Source: Paramoeba atlantica
Lineage: Eukaryota > Protista > Discosea
Direction of reading: 5' to 3'
NCBI GenBank assembly: GCA_977017575.1
Contig: CDRNVI010000060.1
Location: forward strand, 248,001 to 312,000
Length of the DNA stretch: 64,000 nucleotides
Shown in pieces: positions 45,454-55,383 of this stretch; within the stretch, counting starts at the first letter, position 1; the number at the start of each line of letters is the position of its first letter. The notes under the pieces were generated by a model. The model worked only from the letters and a program-made list of their open reading frames with translations. It was not told the DNA's origin and did no database searches. Position numbers and translations under genes: made by a program.

Positions 45454-45600
45454 GGGGGTATAGAGTTATTCAATGCACCCAAATGTGTGTTCTACTATAT
45501 TTTTAATAGACACAGCAAGTTGGGAGGCTGGTCAAATCGGCGGAGAATGTGGCCAGAACTCATAGAAAGTGTAGCGCGATCGAGTAAAGTGAGAGACAAA

Positions 45601-45630
45601 CTACCGGAGAGAGAGAAAAAGAAGGAGCGA
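45601..45630 (-). promoter_or_regulatory. Polypyrimidine tract plus AG, candidate trans-splice acceptor for TOP3A
   Basis: Minus strand tcgctccttctttttctctctctccggtAG, about 150 nt upstream of the ATG. Confidence 0.55.
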
Positions 45631-45901
45631 TGACGGGGGTCTGGGGAGTCATAGAAAAATAGTTGCGTAAGTAGCTTGAACTAAAGAGTTTGCTCGATGC
45701 TGAATGTGAGAGTGACAAAAAAACAGGGTAAAATAGCGCGTGGTGTCTGTATTTTTATTATTTCTTTATTACTCTATTATATCATATCCTTATTTTTATT
45801 ACCCTATTACTTGGCACATTTTCTAAGGCCACGAAATTCGTCCTCCATGATTCAATCCAGAGCATCACCTACCCGGCGATTCAATTCCCTGCTCCACGCT
45901 A

Positions 45902-48430
45902 CTAGTGCAATATTCCATTCTGCAAGCGCTGAAAAGCATCATACGAGCGTGTCCTCCAGTTATCCATGCTACACTCGACTAAATCCTTCACAGCCTGCAT
46001 CAGCTGATCCTCCGAAAGCGAGAGCAGCGCACGACGACGCAGTCCCTGGGCCGCAACCCACGGATCCTCCCCCACACACGGCAGACACCGCGGATCGGTC
46101 ATCTCCACAAGCGAGGCAATCCGCTCAATCTGGGGACGTAAATGCCGTAACCCCAAATACAACAACAACTGAAACAGCAAAAACCCATCGGTGCCCATCA
46201 CCTCGATATACTCCTGCGGAAGTTTAAACGGTCCGGATTCAAAATTCCATCCCCCGGGACTTGTGGTTAAGCAATACCCAAAATCAATATGCACCACGGT
46301 GCCATCCGCGCATAACAAAATATTCCCATTATGCCGGTCCCGGACTTGTAACAAATACCCCACCAGGGAGTAGGCCGCACAGCTTTCGGTAAAATTCTGC
46401 TGTGCTTTTTTAAAGCGGTCCCCCCGAGGGTTCCCATACACCTTTTCAAAGTGTTGCCGTAGACGAGGCGCGGCCCCGTCCCCCTCCCCGCTCTCCACAT
46501 AGGCCCGTTTTACCCCATCCATACTGGTGGCGTCCCTCACGCAGGTGAGGAGCCCGCAGCGGGGGCCCACCACCAGGATGTCGTAGGGGAGGAGCCGCAG
46601 CGGGAGCGCGGCCTCCCGCCACACCGCGGCGAGGGTCCCGATGAGTTGCATCGCGAACAGCTCCTGCAGCAGCGCGTCCCCGGACTTCACAATGTAGCTG
46701 CGGAGGGACCAGCCGGGGAGGTGGCTGTAGGGGGACTGGAAGCGGAGGGCGGCCTGCCGTCGCGACCAGGGGAGGGGGGAGGGGTTGGGGTTGTGGTTGT
46801 AATCATTTCGATTCTTTTTGGTCTCATGGGATGAAGAACCACTTTGGGGGCTATGGTTGCTGTTGCTATTGTTTTGATTCCCTTTGGTATCATGGGATGA
46901 AGAACCGTTTTGGTGGCTATTGTTGTTTTCATTCCTTTTGGTCTCATGGGATGAAGTACCACTTATGTGGCTATTTTCATTTTTGTTGTTGTTGCTGTTG
47001 TTGTCATTGTAGTGATGGTGATGACAGGAGGTTGATGAGGAAGAGGAGGAGGAGAGATAATGAGAGAGAGGTTCGATGATGGGGAGGGGGGTTGTTGGGG
47101 TGAGAGGGGTTGGATGCGTTTTTTGTGGCTGTTGCGCTGTGGATGTATCGGGGATAGGTGGAGTTGCTGGGGATGGTTCTTCTTGTGTAGGTGAGCTGTT
47201 CTCACGTACAGGTACGCCGTTGTCTTGTACAGGGTTGCTTGCTAAAATGTTGTCCTCCAACTGTGCGGGAGAAATTTCGCCCAGGGTTCTGGATGTGTCC
47301 ACTTGCATCTCAACTATCACTTCATATGGCGTTCGACTTCGTGTATTGAATATATTTCCCCCTTGAGGAACAACGCGGAGGACGCGATGGAGTGGCGAGC
47401 TAGGGGTTGAAATAGGGAGCAATAAGGCGTCCTGCACAGTAAATTGACCCACCGTGGGTCGTATGAAATCATTCAGAGTGTCGAGCATGTGCGTCATTGT
47501 GCTTTGCTGCTCCTGGGGGGAGCTACTGTGCGCTAAACATTGTGAAATGCGAGCAAGCGATTCAAGAAAAAAGAACGTCCGACGTTGTACCGTATCTGGA
47601 ACTGCTACTGATGCTATGCGCAACACTCTATCGAGTCTGCGCCGGATTTCTGTGTCGTTTGGATGAAACTCCATAACAGTTCGCGTCAGAAGAATCATAC
47701 GCATACATAAATAAGGCGATGTGGAGCACGTAGATTCTAGAAATCCTAATATCCATTCATGTGCTGCGTCCGCTTCCGCATGGTTACTGGAAGGAGAATT
47801 CACCAACAGGTAGATCATAGTAGGGAGAAACCAATGAACGGTATCATAGTCCGTCTGATTTCCGTCATCGCTGAAAGATGTGGAAAGAATGCCTAGATTC
47901 CCTCCATTATTTGGAAGGGAGTGCAATTTTAAAAAGGGAGGTGATAATGGAGAAATACCAATCTTTTCGGAAATCATTTCCTCTGGATCGATTTCGGCAC
48001 GACGTGGAAAACCCATGTGCTCTGGTGGGTTGGAATTTACATATTCCTTTGGCTCTAAATCATTCAGCTGTGTATCAGCTGAAATGCTGGATCGCTTAAT
48101 GCGAGATCCAGCTAGATTAGTCTTTGTAGAACCCCCTCTAGAGCCCAAGAAAAAACTCTCGGAAAGAGATATTTGCCTCGGGTTATCATGCCGCACTTTG
48201 TTCAAGCGATCGACACCGCCAAGTGAAACAATCGAATATTTTTTATTCCACTTCCTTGCGTTTCTATGATTCGTTTTTAACACTTTTACGTGTGTTTCGG
48301 GAGGTCCCACCACTGCCTGAAAGGATTCATCTATTTCCGCGTTGACATCATCAGGAAGCCTTGGAGAAGAAACACCGACACGAAGCTCGGTTAACCAACG
48401 CCACAAGTTGTGTGCTCCCGCGGGCTCCAT
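45902..48430 (-). CDS. Phosphatidylinositol 4-kinase (type III beta-like)
   Basis: RTPYEVIVE, YIVKSGDALLQELFAMQL, ESCAAYSLVGYLLQVRDRHNGNIL, HIDFGY, FKLPQEYIEVMG, YDAFQRLQNGI; first ATG at 48430. Confidence 0.95.
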   Translation of the reverse strand: MEPAGAHNLWRWLTELRVGVSSPRLPDDVNAEIDESFQAVVGPPETHVKVLKTNHRNARKWNKKYSIVSLGGVDRLNKVRHDNPRQISLSESFFLGSRGGSTKTNLAGSRIKRSSISADTQLNDLEPKEYVNSNPPEHMGFPRRAEIDPEEMISEKIGISPLSPPFLKLHSLPNNGGNLGILSTSFSDDGNQTDYDTVHWFLPTMIYLLVNSPSSNHAEADAAHEWILGFLESTCSTSPYLCMRMILLTRTVMEFHPNDTEIRRRLDRVLRIASVAVPDTVQRRTFFFLESLARISQCLAHSSSPQEQQSTMTHMLDTLNDFIRPTVGQFTVQDALLLPISTPSSPLHRVLRVVPQGGNIFNTRSRTPYEVIVEMQVDTSRTLGEISPAQLEDNILASNPVQDNGVPVRENSSPTQEEPSPATPPIPDTSTAQQPQKTHPTPLTPTTPLPIIEPLSHYLSSSSSSSTSCHHHHYNDNNSNNNKNENSHISGTSSHETKRNENNNSHQNGSSSHDTKGNQNNSNSNHSPQSGSSSHETKKNRNDYNHNPNPSPLPWSRRQAALRFQSPYSHLPGWSLRSYIVKSGDALLQELFAMQLIGTLAAVWREAALPLRLLPYDILVVGPRCGLLTCVRDATSMDGVKRAYVESGEGDGAAPRLRQHFEKVYGNPRGDRFKKAQQNFTESCAAYSLVGYLLQVRDRHNGNILLCADGTVVHIDFGYCLTTSPGGWNFESGPFKLPQEYIEVMGTDGFLLFQLLLYLGLRHLRPQIERIASLVEMTDPRCLPCVGEDPWVAAQGLRRRALLSLSEDQLMQAVKDLVECSMDNWRTRSYDAFQRLQNGILH
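46815..46960 (-). repeat. Three in-frame SSH(E/D)TK units in an Asn-rich PI4K insertion
   Basis: ttttggt(c/a)tcatgggatgaag(a/t)acc recurs three times at ~60-bp spacing. Confidence 0.85.
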
Positions 48431-48976
48431 GTAACCCCTTACCACCGAATGCCTACACGCATGTGATATTCATGAGGGGCTTCGTAAAAAAGCACTTTTT
48501 TTATAATCTCCTAAGGGTTGAAGAAAGGGTGAAAAAACTGGCTGAAAAAACATCTAACGTTCTTAGTTAAGAGAAATAATTAAAATTCTAAAGCCAACGA
48601 ATCATGAAATCAGTGAAACCGATTCTTTAATCCCCAGTAAAGATCTGCAAAAAGGCGTCTTGAAGTACTGTTTCCACATGGAGGGCCCAGGTGCAATTTC
48701 ATGTGATCTCCTTTGATCCCGCGAGCCTTGGAAGAGTTTCACGTGATTTCACATGGCATAAATGCTGTGAATGAAAAAAATAGTTTTTTTCAAAACACTA
48801 CGTGACTTCAGGGCTTCCCCGACAATTGAGTGCTACCTGAAGTTCTCTCTTTAGCCGAAGTATTCAACACGCAATGCTGTAGCACTGTACTGCTGTAGTT
48901 GTACTGTACAGTTGTAGTACTGTACTAGAAAGGCGCATGGAAATAGGTAAGACATTATGTTCAATATGTGCAATTC

Positions 48977-50080
48977 TTATCTTCCCCACCTGCGCGAGCG
49001 ACTAGGATATTCTTTAAGAACGATGTTTCGAAATCGGTCTCGGGTAAGTTGCGGCCATAAGGTTTCTTCGAAAAATAGTTCACTGAAGCATCCTTGCCAT
49101 AGTAAGAAATTACTCATTCGTTGTTCACCTGACGTGCGCAGAATGAGGTCCGGATCTTGATTGCCTCTTGTCGCAAGATACGACTCAAAAGATTTCTCCG
49201 TTAAGCTGCTTATGTCGTAGTGCGGATCATCTCTAGCCTTTTGTGCAATTTTATAAACCGCGTTCAATATCTCACTACGCGCCCCGTAACTGACGCAAAG
49301 ATTTATCGTCATCGCGCTATGACTTTCCGTTATTTTTTCCAACTTGCACATTAGCTCCTGAATATGATCTGGAATTTTTCCCCGATCAGTGATCAGAAAT
49401 CGTACCCTCGCATGATGTTTCGCCGCAAAATCTTGCATCTCTGGAATGTACGACTCTAAAACATCCAACAAGACTTCGATTTCATTTGGATCCCGATTCC
49501 AGTTTTCAGTAGAGAAAGCAAACGCCGTAATGGTGGTAATATCTAATTCAAGACACCAGTCCAGCACTTCTAGCAATTTCTGCGCCCCTGCTATGTGGCC
49601 CTGCGATGGAAGGGCACAAAATCTTTTTCCGTATCGACGATTGCCATCCATAATAAGTCCTAAGTGTCGTACGCGATTCTTCGGTAAGTCATTCGTAAAC
49701 AAGGATCTTTTCTTGGAACGGATAGACGGTGACAAGTTTACCGAATTTTCTTTTTTGGTGACACAGCTATTTAAACTTGCCTTTGACAACTCTTCAACAA
49801 AAGTAGGCAGGAAATAGTTTCTAGACACAACCGATGAAAAGCTGTTAAATACGGTACAAAAGATGCCTCCAGCGATGCTAGATTGCGTTAGAGGATTATA
49901 AATCCGTTTGTTCTCAATATTGTATCGAATTGAAACAAAGACAATCATCCACAGAAGAACGCACACAATAGAGGTTAGGAATTCGGGAAAAGTATGACGA
50001 ACAGCATAATTGTTTAAAGCAGAGCTTGACCGGACAGTTCCTGGAGCTAACGCGCCATAGAGAGAGCGAATATCAAGCAT
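48977..50080 (-). CDS. cis-prenyltransferase (UPPS/DHDDS family) with hydrophobic N-terminal extension
   Basis: HLGLIMDGNRRY, GHIAG, FAFSTENWNR, VSYGARSEI, DPDLILRTSGEQRMSNFLLWQ, C-terminal RRWGR. Confidence 0.95.
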   Translation of the reverse strand: MLDIRSLYGALAPGTVRSSSALNNYAVRHTFPEFLTSIVCVLLWMIVFVSIRYNIENKRIYNPLTQSSIAGGIFCTVFNSFSSVVSRNYFLPTFVEELSKASLNSCVTKKENSVNLSPSIRSKKRSLFTNDLPKNRVRHLGLIMDGNRRYGKRFCALPSQGHIAGAQKLLEVLDWCLELDITTITAFAFSTENWNRDPNEIEVLLDVLESYIPEMQDFAAKHHARVRFLITDRGKIPDHIQELMCKLEKITESHSAMTINLCVSYGARSEILNAVYKIAQKARDDPHYDISSLTEKSFESYLATRGNQDPDLILRTSGEQRMSNFLLWQGCFSELFFEETLWPQLTRDRFRNIVLKEYPSRSRRWGR

Positions 50081-50314
50081 GCATGTATCGCACCTAATGA
50101 AAAAGTGGTGGTACGTGTAGAAATTAGCACGCTCGAGTGCGTATTTGAGATGTACTTATAGTATTTAGGTCACATACAAACATCAACTACATTGACACAT
50201 CCAGGTGTGCTATACGTTTTCAAAAAGGGAAACGTTCAGTGCTCTTCAATATTTTTTATGTGTTCTGAATTTACAGTCACATTGACTATTTCACACAGCC
50301 CTCCCCTTTTTGCC

Positions 50315-50905
50315 TCAATACCCCCGCATCGGGGAGTACCCTTGCATGTGGTCGGAAAGTTGCCACATTAGCGTCCTTTTCTTCTTCCACCCATGGGCCC
50401 TTCCCCCACACCGTTCCCCGACCACACTCTTGTCCGCGGATCGGAAACCCGCGGACCTCGACAGCTCACCGCCCGCCTGGCTGTGGTACGGTTTCACCGT
50501 ACTCAGGGGTCTCCAAACCTTCATACGGTCCGGGACCCACTCAGGGTAACACAGTTGGGTTAAGTGGATTACGTTGGTACGTGGGAGTGGGCGACCCGCT
50601 CCATCTCCCATATCCCATGCCCCGCGTGTGCCTTTCCCGGCATGCATCCGGAACAGCTCCTTTTGTCTCTCCTCTCGTAGTTTCTGTTTTTGTGCAAAAG
50701 GGAGGTTGACGGGGAGCAGGGCGTGACGCACGGGCCACAGGAAGTGCCACCCGCTGTGGGTGAGGTCACGTTCCTCGACGAGCGTGGGGAGGGGGGTGCG
50801 GGCTGAGGAGACCCGGTGGAGGGGGGGAGGGGGGGCGAGTAGACCACGGAGACGAACCCCGGTGAGGGACTCACGCCACGCGGTGATGGAGATGGGGTAT
50901 TGCAT
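50315..50905 (-). CDS. Probable mitochondrial ribosomal protein mL41-like
   Basis: GKGTRG..G..VI..YPEWVPD..VKPYHS resembles the mL41 pattern KG.RA.GIG..G.yV....V.PD...LKPYV; recognition from memory only. Confidence 0.5.
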   Translation of the reverse strand: MQYPISITAWRESLTGVRLRGLLAPPPPLHRVSSARTPLPTLVEERDLTHSGWHFLWPVRHALLPVNLPFAQKQKLREERQKELFRMHAGKGTRGAWDMGDGAGRPLPRTNVIHLTQLCYPEWVPDRMKVWRPLSTVKPYHSQAGGELSRSAGFRSADKSVVGERCGGRAHGWKKKRTLMWQLSDHMQGYSPMRGY

Positions 50906-51001
50906 ACTAAAAAAACGTGGAAAAGGTACCCAAACTTATATTTTGTTTCTGGAATTCAAATTCCGTTTCTGCATGAGTTCAACACATGTCTTATTGATGT
51001 A

Positions 51002-52107
51002 CTGTGACCCCCCCTTTAATACGGACAGATTTTTGGACATTGTCCGTATTAATGGGGGGGTACTAAAGATAAGAAAGTGACCCTGTTTTTAAGCTAAAAA
51101 ATGCGACAAAGAAGTTTCGCGCCGCTTTGCGGCGCCTATTTTTTTTGATGAAATTGGTGAAGGGGGGTGATCTGTAGGGGAAATAAATTTTACGAGCACG
51201 ACCCAGACTAAAGTGGACGAGGGAGATACTAAACCACAGTGCAGTTTAACATTCCGGGGAGAATGTTAAGTAGCTACAGGAATGTTAACTTTTTTTTGAG
51301 TTTGGTAATCATATTCTTCAAAACAATGATGGCATAAAAGTTAACATACCTGTAGCAAGATATCTGTAACAAGATAACGTACCGGGGGGTATGTTATCCT
51401 GTAACACCATTTACAGGATAATGAGACGTTTCCTTCAGGAAGTAAAAAGTTCGATTATTTTGAGTCGCCTTTTTCCGATATACCGTAGACCCACAAGTAA
51501 TAGACCCCCCAGTAACAAGGATTTGGCTTGGGAGGGTGGCACAAGGGGGGAGGGGGATTTGTGCGGGGTAAGGGCGGTTGCGCGGGAGCGAGTGTTCTTC
51601 TTTTACCCTAAATGGGTTGCCCGGGCTGCTCCGATTTTTCATGCACTGATAAGTGGTCCAATACTTTGCTTTATATGGCAACGGAAGACAGCATCATATT
51701 CCGGATAAAAATCATACTCTTATGTATGAGGCCGTTACTTGTTCGCAAGGTCATGAGCCACGGGTACGTACTCTTAAGGAAGATCATTGGTTATGCTTCG
51801 ATATAAAGTGCCGCGGTAAAACTTAATTTTGGGAACCTCTTCTGATGGCCGCACATGGGCGCACCGCAAACCAGGTTTTTAAAGTCTTATACGGCATCAC
51901 TTCTGTAGCCGGCTACTGATCTCAACGAAGAGTGGACTTGGGGCAAAAGCGATCACTCGGCTGACAAACATCCCTTTGAGTCGTGCTCTCGAACAATGAA
52001 AAGCGAAAAAATAAAAATCGAAGGTTTTCCTTCCAAAAAACTTCAAAAAATTCCGTATTAAAGGGGGGGATCAGGGGGGTCCGCATTAAACGGGGGGGGG
52101 GTCACAG
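51002..52107. mobile_element. Non-autonomous pogo-like element (1106 bp) carrying mixed TE debris
   Basis: TA-ctgtgaccccccc ... ggggggggtcacag-TA; subterminal tccgtattaa boxes; contains part of the 1472 MITE arm (~51208) and a stop-ridden C..H..C..C segment resembling the Merlin N-terminus (~51720-51900). Confidence 0.8.
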
Positions 52108-52289
52108 TATTGAAAAGAGAACGCAAGACACTTTTTTATTTCGAACACCGCTCTCTTGTGTTGTAGTAATATTCAAATTTGTTTGTTTGGATGATTTACA
52201 TTCACAGAATAAATGTAAATGTGTATAAAAATAGTAAATGTAAATGTGGGTAAATTCCACTGTAAAAGAGGGGGCGAACCAAATTACAC

Positions 52290-52696
52290 CCCCTTTTACA
52301 CTTCGACTTGCAACAATACAGAAACCCCCCGCCCGGCTCTCGCAGGAAACTGAATTGAGACCAGATGAATGGGTAAAGTTGCATAATGGGGCGGAATTCA
52401 TTATCGAGTTGACTTCCCCATGGGAAGAAAACTTTTCCGATGTTCACGAGCGGAAGGTTCGTAAGCATTCGTTCATCTACAATCAGAGAAAGCTTATTAA
52501 TCGATCTACATTTTTACTGGTATTTGAGGTAGGCGCAAGAGGAAACTCCACTACTCGCGTGTAAAACTCTCTTTTCGGAGGAGACAAGAGCCTTGCCTCC
52601 GAATGTAGGGAAACAATGGTTCAGCGCGCTATCAGGGGAAGCCTCGTAATATATCCGCACCGCCAGAACCCTACGTGGGAGCTTTTAGTGAAATAA
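52290..52696 (+). mobile_element. 5'-truncated RLE retrotransposon copy (endonuclease end)
   Basis: HFDL..YRNPP, LRPD.WVKL, IIELTSPWEEN, LVFEVGARG, GSLVIY..PTW with frameshifts. Confidence 0.88.
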
Positions 52697-52829
52697 CAAA
52701 ACTAGCAAAACATTGCGAGATCCAATGTGTTTACGAAACCACATTCGGAAATCTCAATTGAAAATCTGAAAGGGAAAATCGTAGAGACAGTGAAGCGAAT
52801 TACCCGTACGATGGATACGTACACGTACA

Positions 52830-53600
52830 AATGGGTAACGACATTAGAGCACGCGCGCCGGTGCAAGCCTCTGGGACCCCTTCCTCCCGATCATCGCCGT
52901 CCTCTCCATCCTTTCGACCCAATTCTTCGCTCAGCAGGATCCCACGCTCTTCTTCTTCCAGGAGCCGATCTAGGCTCAACTCGAACATCCACTACGGTCG
53001 CCCCTACCCCGATCCTTAAGAAATCCTATAACGTTTCTTTCGCTCCATTCCCCGGATCCGACAGCTCTCGAGAGTCCTTTGCCCGCGTTTTTGTGTCAGG
53101 CCATGAGATCGCCCTTTCGACTGCTTTGGACACTACGGACAGCGACGCTCCCCCTTGGATGAGCATCCGCCAAAATTGGCCACGATGGCGAAACTGTTCA
53201 AAGCGATGGACGCGGTGCGCCATAGACTCCTCCCTGCCTCTTCCAGCTCGGGACGCCCCTTAGCCGAAACCGGAAGATGATCCGCCTCTCTGTGTCTGGT
53301 GAGGGACCTGAGGTTCGAGTACGAGGGCCTCTCAGGAGGAAACAGAGGCCCGGGATCGCCGCGAGTTAATCCTCGAGGCCTTTCGTGGTCTGCACGCCAC
53401 CCAGAAGGCCATTGAGGACCGCCTCTACCTCATCAACGCGGGTAACATAGTATGCACCGAATGTGGTGCCCCACATCAGGTCGCCCTCCAAACTCATCTT
53501 GTCCGTCTCTCCTGACAAGGCCCCTCCACGCCTTAAGACCAAATACGCAGGGCGCCGCTACCGAGCCGGGCCACACACCCCCGTCCCCCGACTAGTTCTG
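52830..53600 (+). pseudogene. Frameshifted ORF remnant, possibly ORF1 of the downstream LINE
   Basis: Protein-like segments across frames ending in CTECGAPH (C-x2-C-x3-H), on the same strand as and upstream of the RT fragment. Confidence 0.3.
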
Positions 53601-54135
53601 TCTAGCAAACTTCTCGCCTTTGTTTGTTGTGAAACAATTGAGCAGGCGAAACGTGCTGAATACGCATGCCCATGCAAGCAAGTGCTTTTAAAGGGAAAGA
53701 TCAAAAAGCAGAAGGAACGGGATTAAGATTGGTAAGGTTCAAGGGTTCGAAGGAAGTTTTTTAAGGGGTGAATTACAATACATTTTTGCGAGGTTTTCCG
53801 TACACGTTTCCATATCTTTTCATCCACTTTTGCCCAACAATTTTTTTCCATAAAACGCTTACAATTTTTTGTAGGACGTCACGTTGATCTAGTATCATTC
53901 TCTTTCGTACTATCGTAGTCATTTAGTATAGGAGTGAGAAAGTAAAAGCATGACCCTACATGTGCTTCTTTTAGTATCGAGAGGTTTATAAAAGTGTTGT
54001 TAAACCTTTTTTTTTCAGTGCAGAGCGCGCTGCAGTTTATTGGCCTACAGAACGTTTCTTATTTTATTGGATTTCTACGCCTTCTTTAAAAGTGGTATTA
54101 TTCCCTAGTGAGCGTTAACCAATTCTGCGGGACAG

Positions 54136-54808
54136 TCAGTAGGGGTTTCGCCCAGAGCGCTCTACATCTGGCGCGCAAATACTCCTCAACGAGGTGAAGA
54201 CCAGGGCTTGTCGAGACAAGTCTGGATTAGTGGTCGCTTTTCTAGCCTTTGTCAAAGCTTTTCCCTCCGTCTCTTTTCGGGCTATCAAGGCTGCCCTGCA
54301 GGCTTTCCACGTTGGCCCTGCAATGCTGCGAACTATAATGTCTATATACATAGGTCTTCAGGATGTTGTTCGGACCCCCTACGGAAATACGGATTCATTT
54401 CAAATCACAACTGGTATTCTTCAAGGGGACGTCTTGGCACCTTATCTTTTCATTCTTGTCATTGACCGCATTCTACACCGAGCATTGGACGGCAAGCCCC
54501 TTGGGGTTCTTCTTAGGAGCCAAAGGACAAAGAGCGGAGGGTTACAAGAGGTACGGCTACAAGACATCAAGTATGCTGATAATATCGCTCCATTGGTATC
54601 AACTAAAGGTGAGATTTCCCGCATGATTGACCTCACGGCTCAGGAGTCTCAACGAGAGAATTTTCAAATCGCCATAGGCAAGACGAAAACAGCATGGATG
54701 AGATTTGGTAGAGTTCCAGGTGGACAAAAAGAGCTCAGCACGGCCTACCTGGACAAAATTTCGTACGTTGACAAATACAGGTCTCTGGGGCAGCTTCAAG
54801 AATCATAA
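54136..54808 (+). mobile_element. Reverse transcriptase fragment of a second non-LTR clade (RTE/ingi-like)
   Basis: GFRPERST, AFVKAFPSV, TGILQGDVLAPYLFILVID, KYADNIA; decayed catalytic residues; differs from the RLE RT. Confidence 0.8.
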
Positions 54809-55383
54809 AAAATAGCCAAAACGTCACTCTTTTTTACTCAACAAAAGGCTATTCCCTCTCGCTTCTTCCTTCCAATTTTTCTTTTTTGGGCTTTTCCTTA
54901 AACGCGGAGGTAGTTTTCAACGCAAAGCGCGCAGCAGTGGTGACCTCTATGTTGAAAACAACCATCGTGTTTAAGGAAGAGTCCAAAAAAGAAAAATGAG
55001 ATGATCCGGAAATTCGCTCAAGAACAAATTTTGGCAAAACTTCGAAACGCAAAGAGCCAAGCACTGCAAGTGATCCCTTGCCCAAGCTACCTTCCTATAC
55101 AAGATCTGGACGTTTCACTCCGTGGGGAAATACAATGACACACAACATCTGTACGCGTGGAGTAAATTATAGAGAGAAGATGGTCGATAATTCAATCTAA
55201 TAATTTTCCTCTGCAATAAAATCTAAAAAACATATTGAAAACCAAGAAAAAAGAATCTTGCCGCACTAAAGGGCGGCATCCGGGGGTTCGTGTTAAACGG
55301 GGGCGCCACAGTATACGTCAATTGTACATGGCGCAAGCTCCGGCAAGACCAGCACGATCCTTCCACTTCCGCTTCCCATCCCC

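Noticed and set aside
52312-52330. SL-like gtttctgta on the minus strand
   Set aside because: It is the coding sequence TAC AGA AAC (YRN) of the RLE copy; the homologous copy has tacaggaac, so the match is chance.
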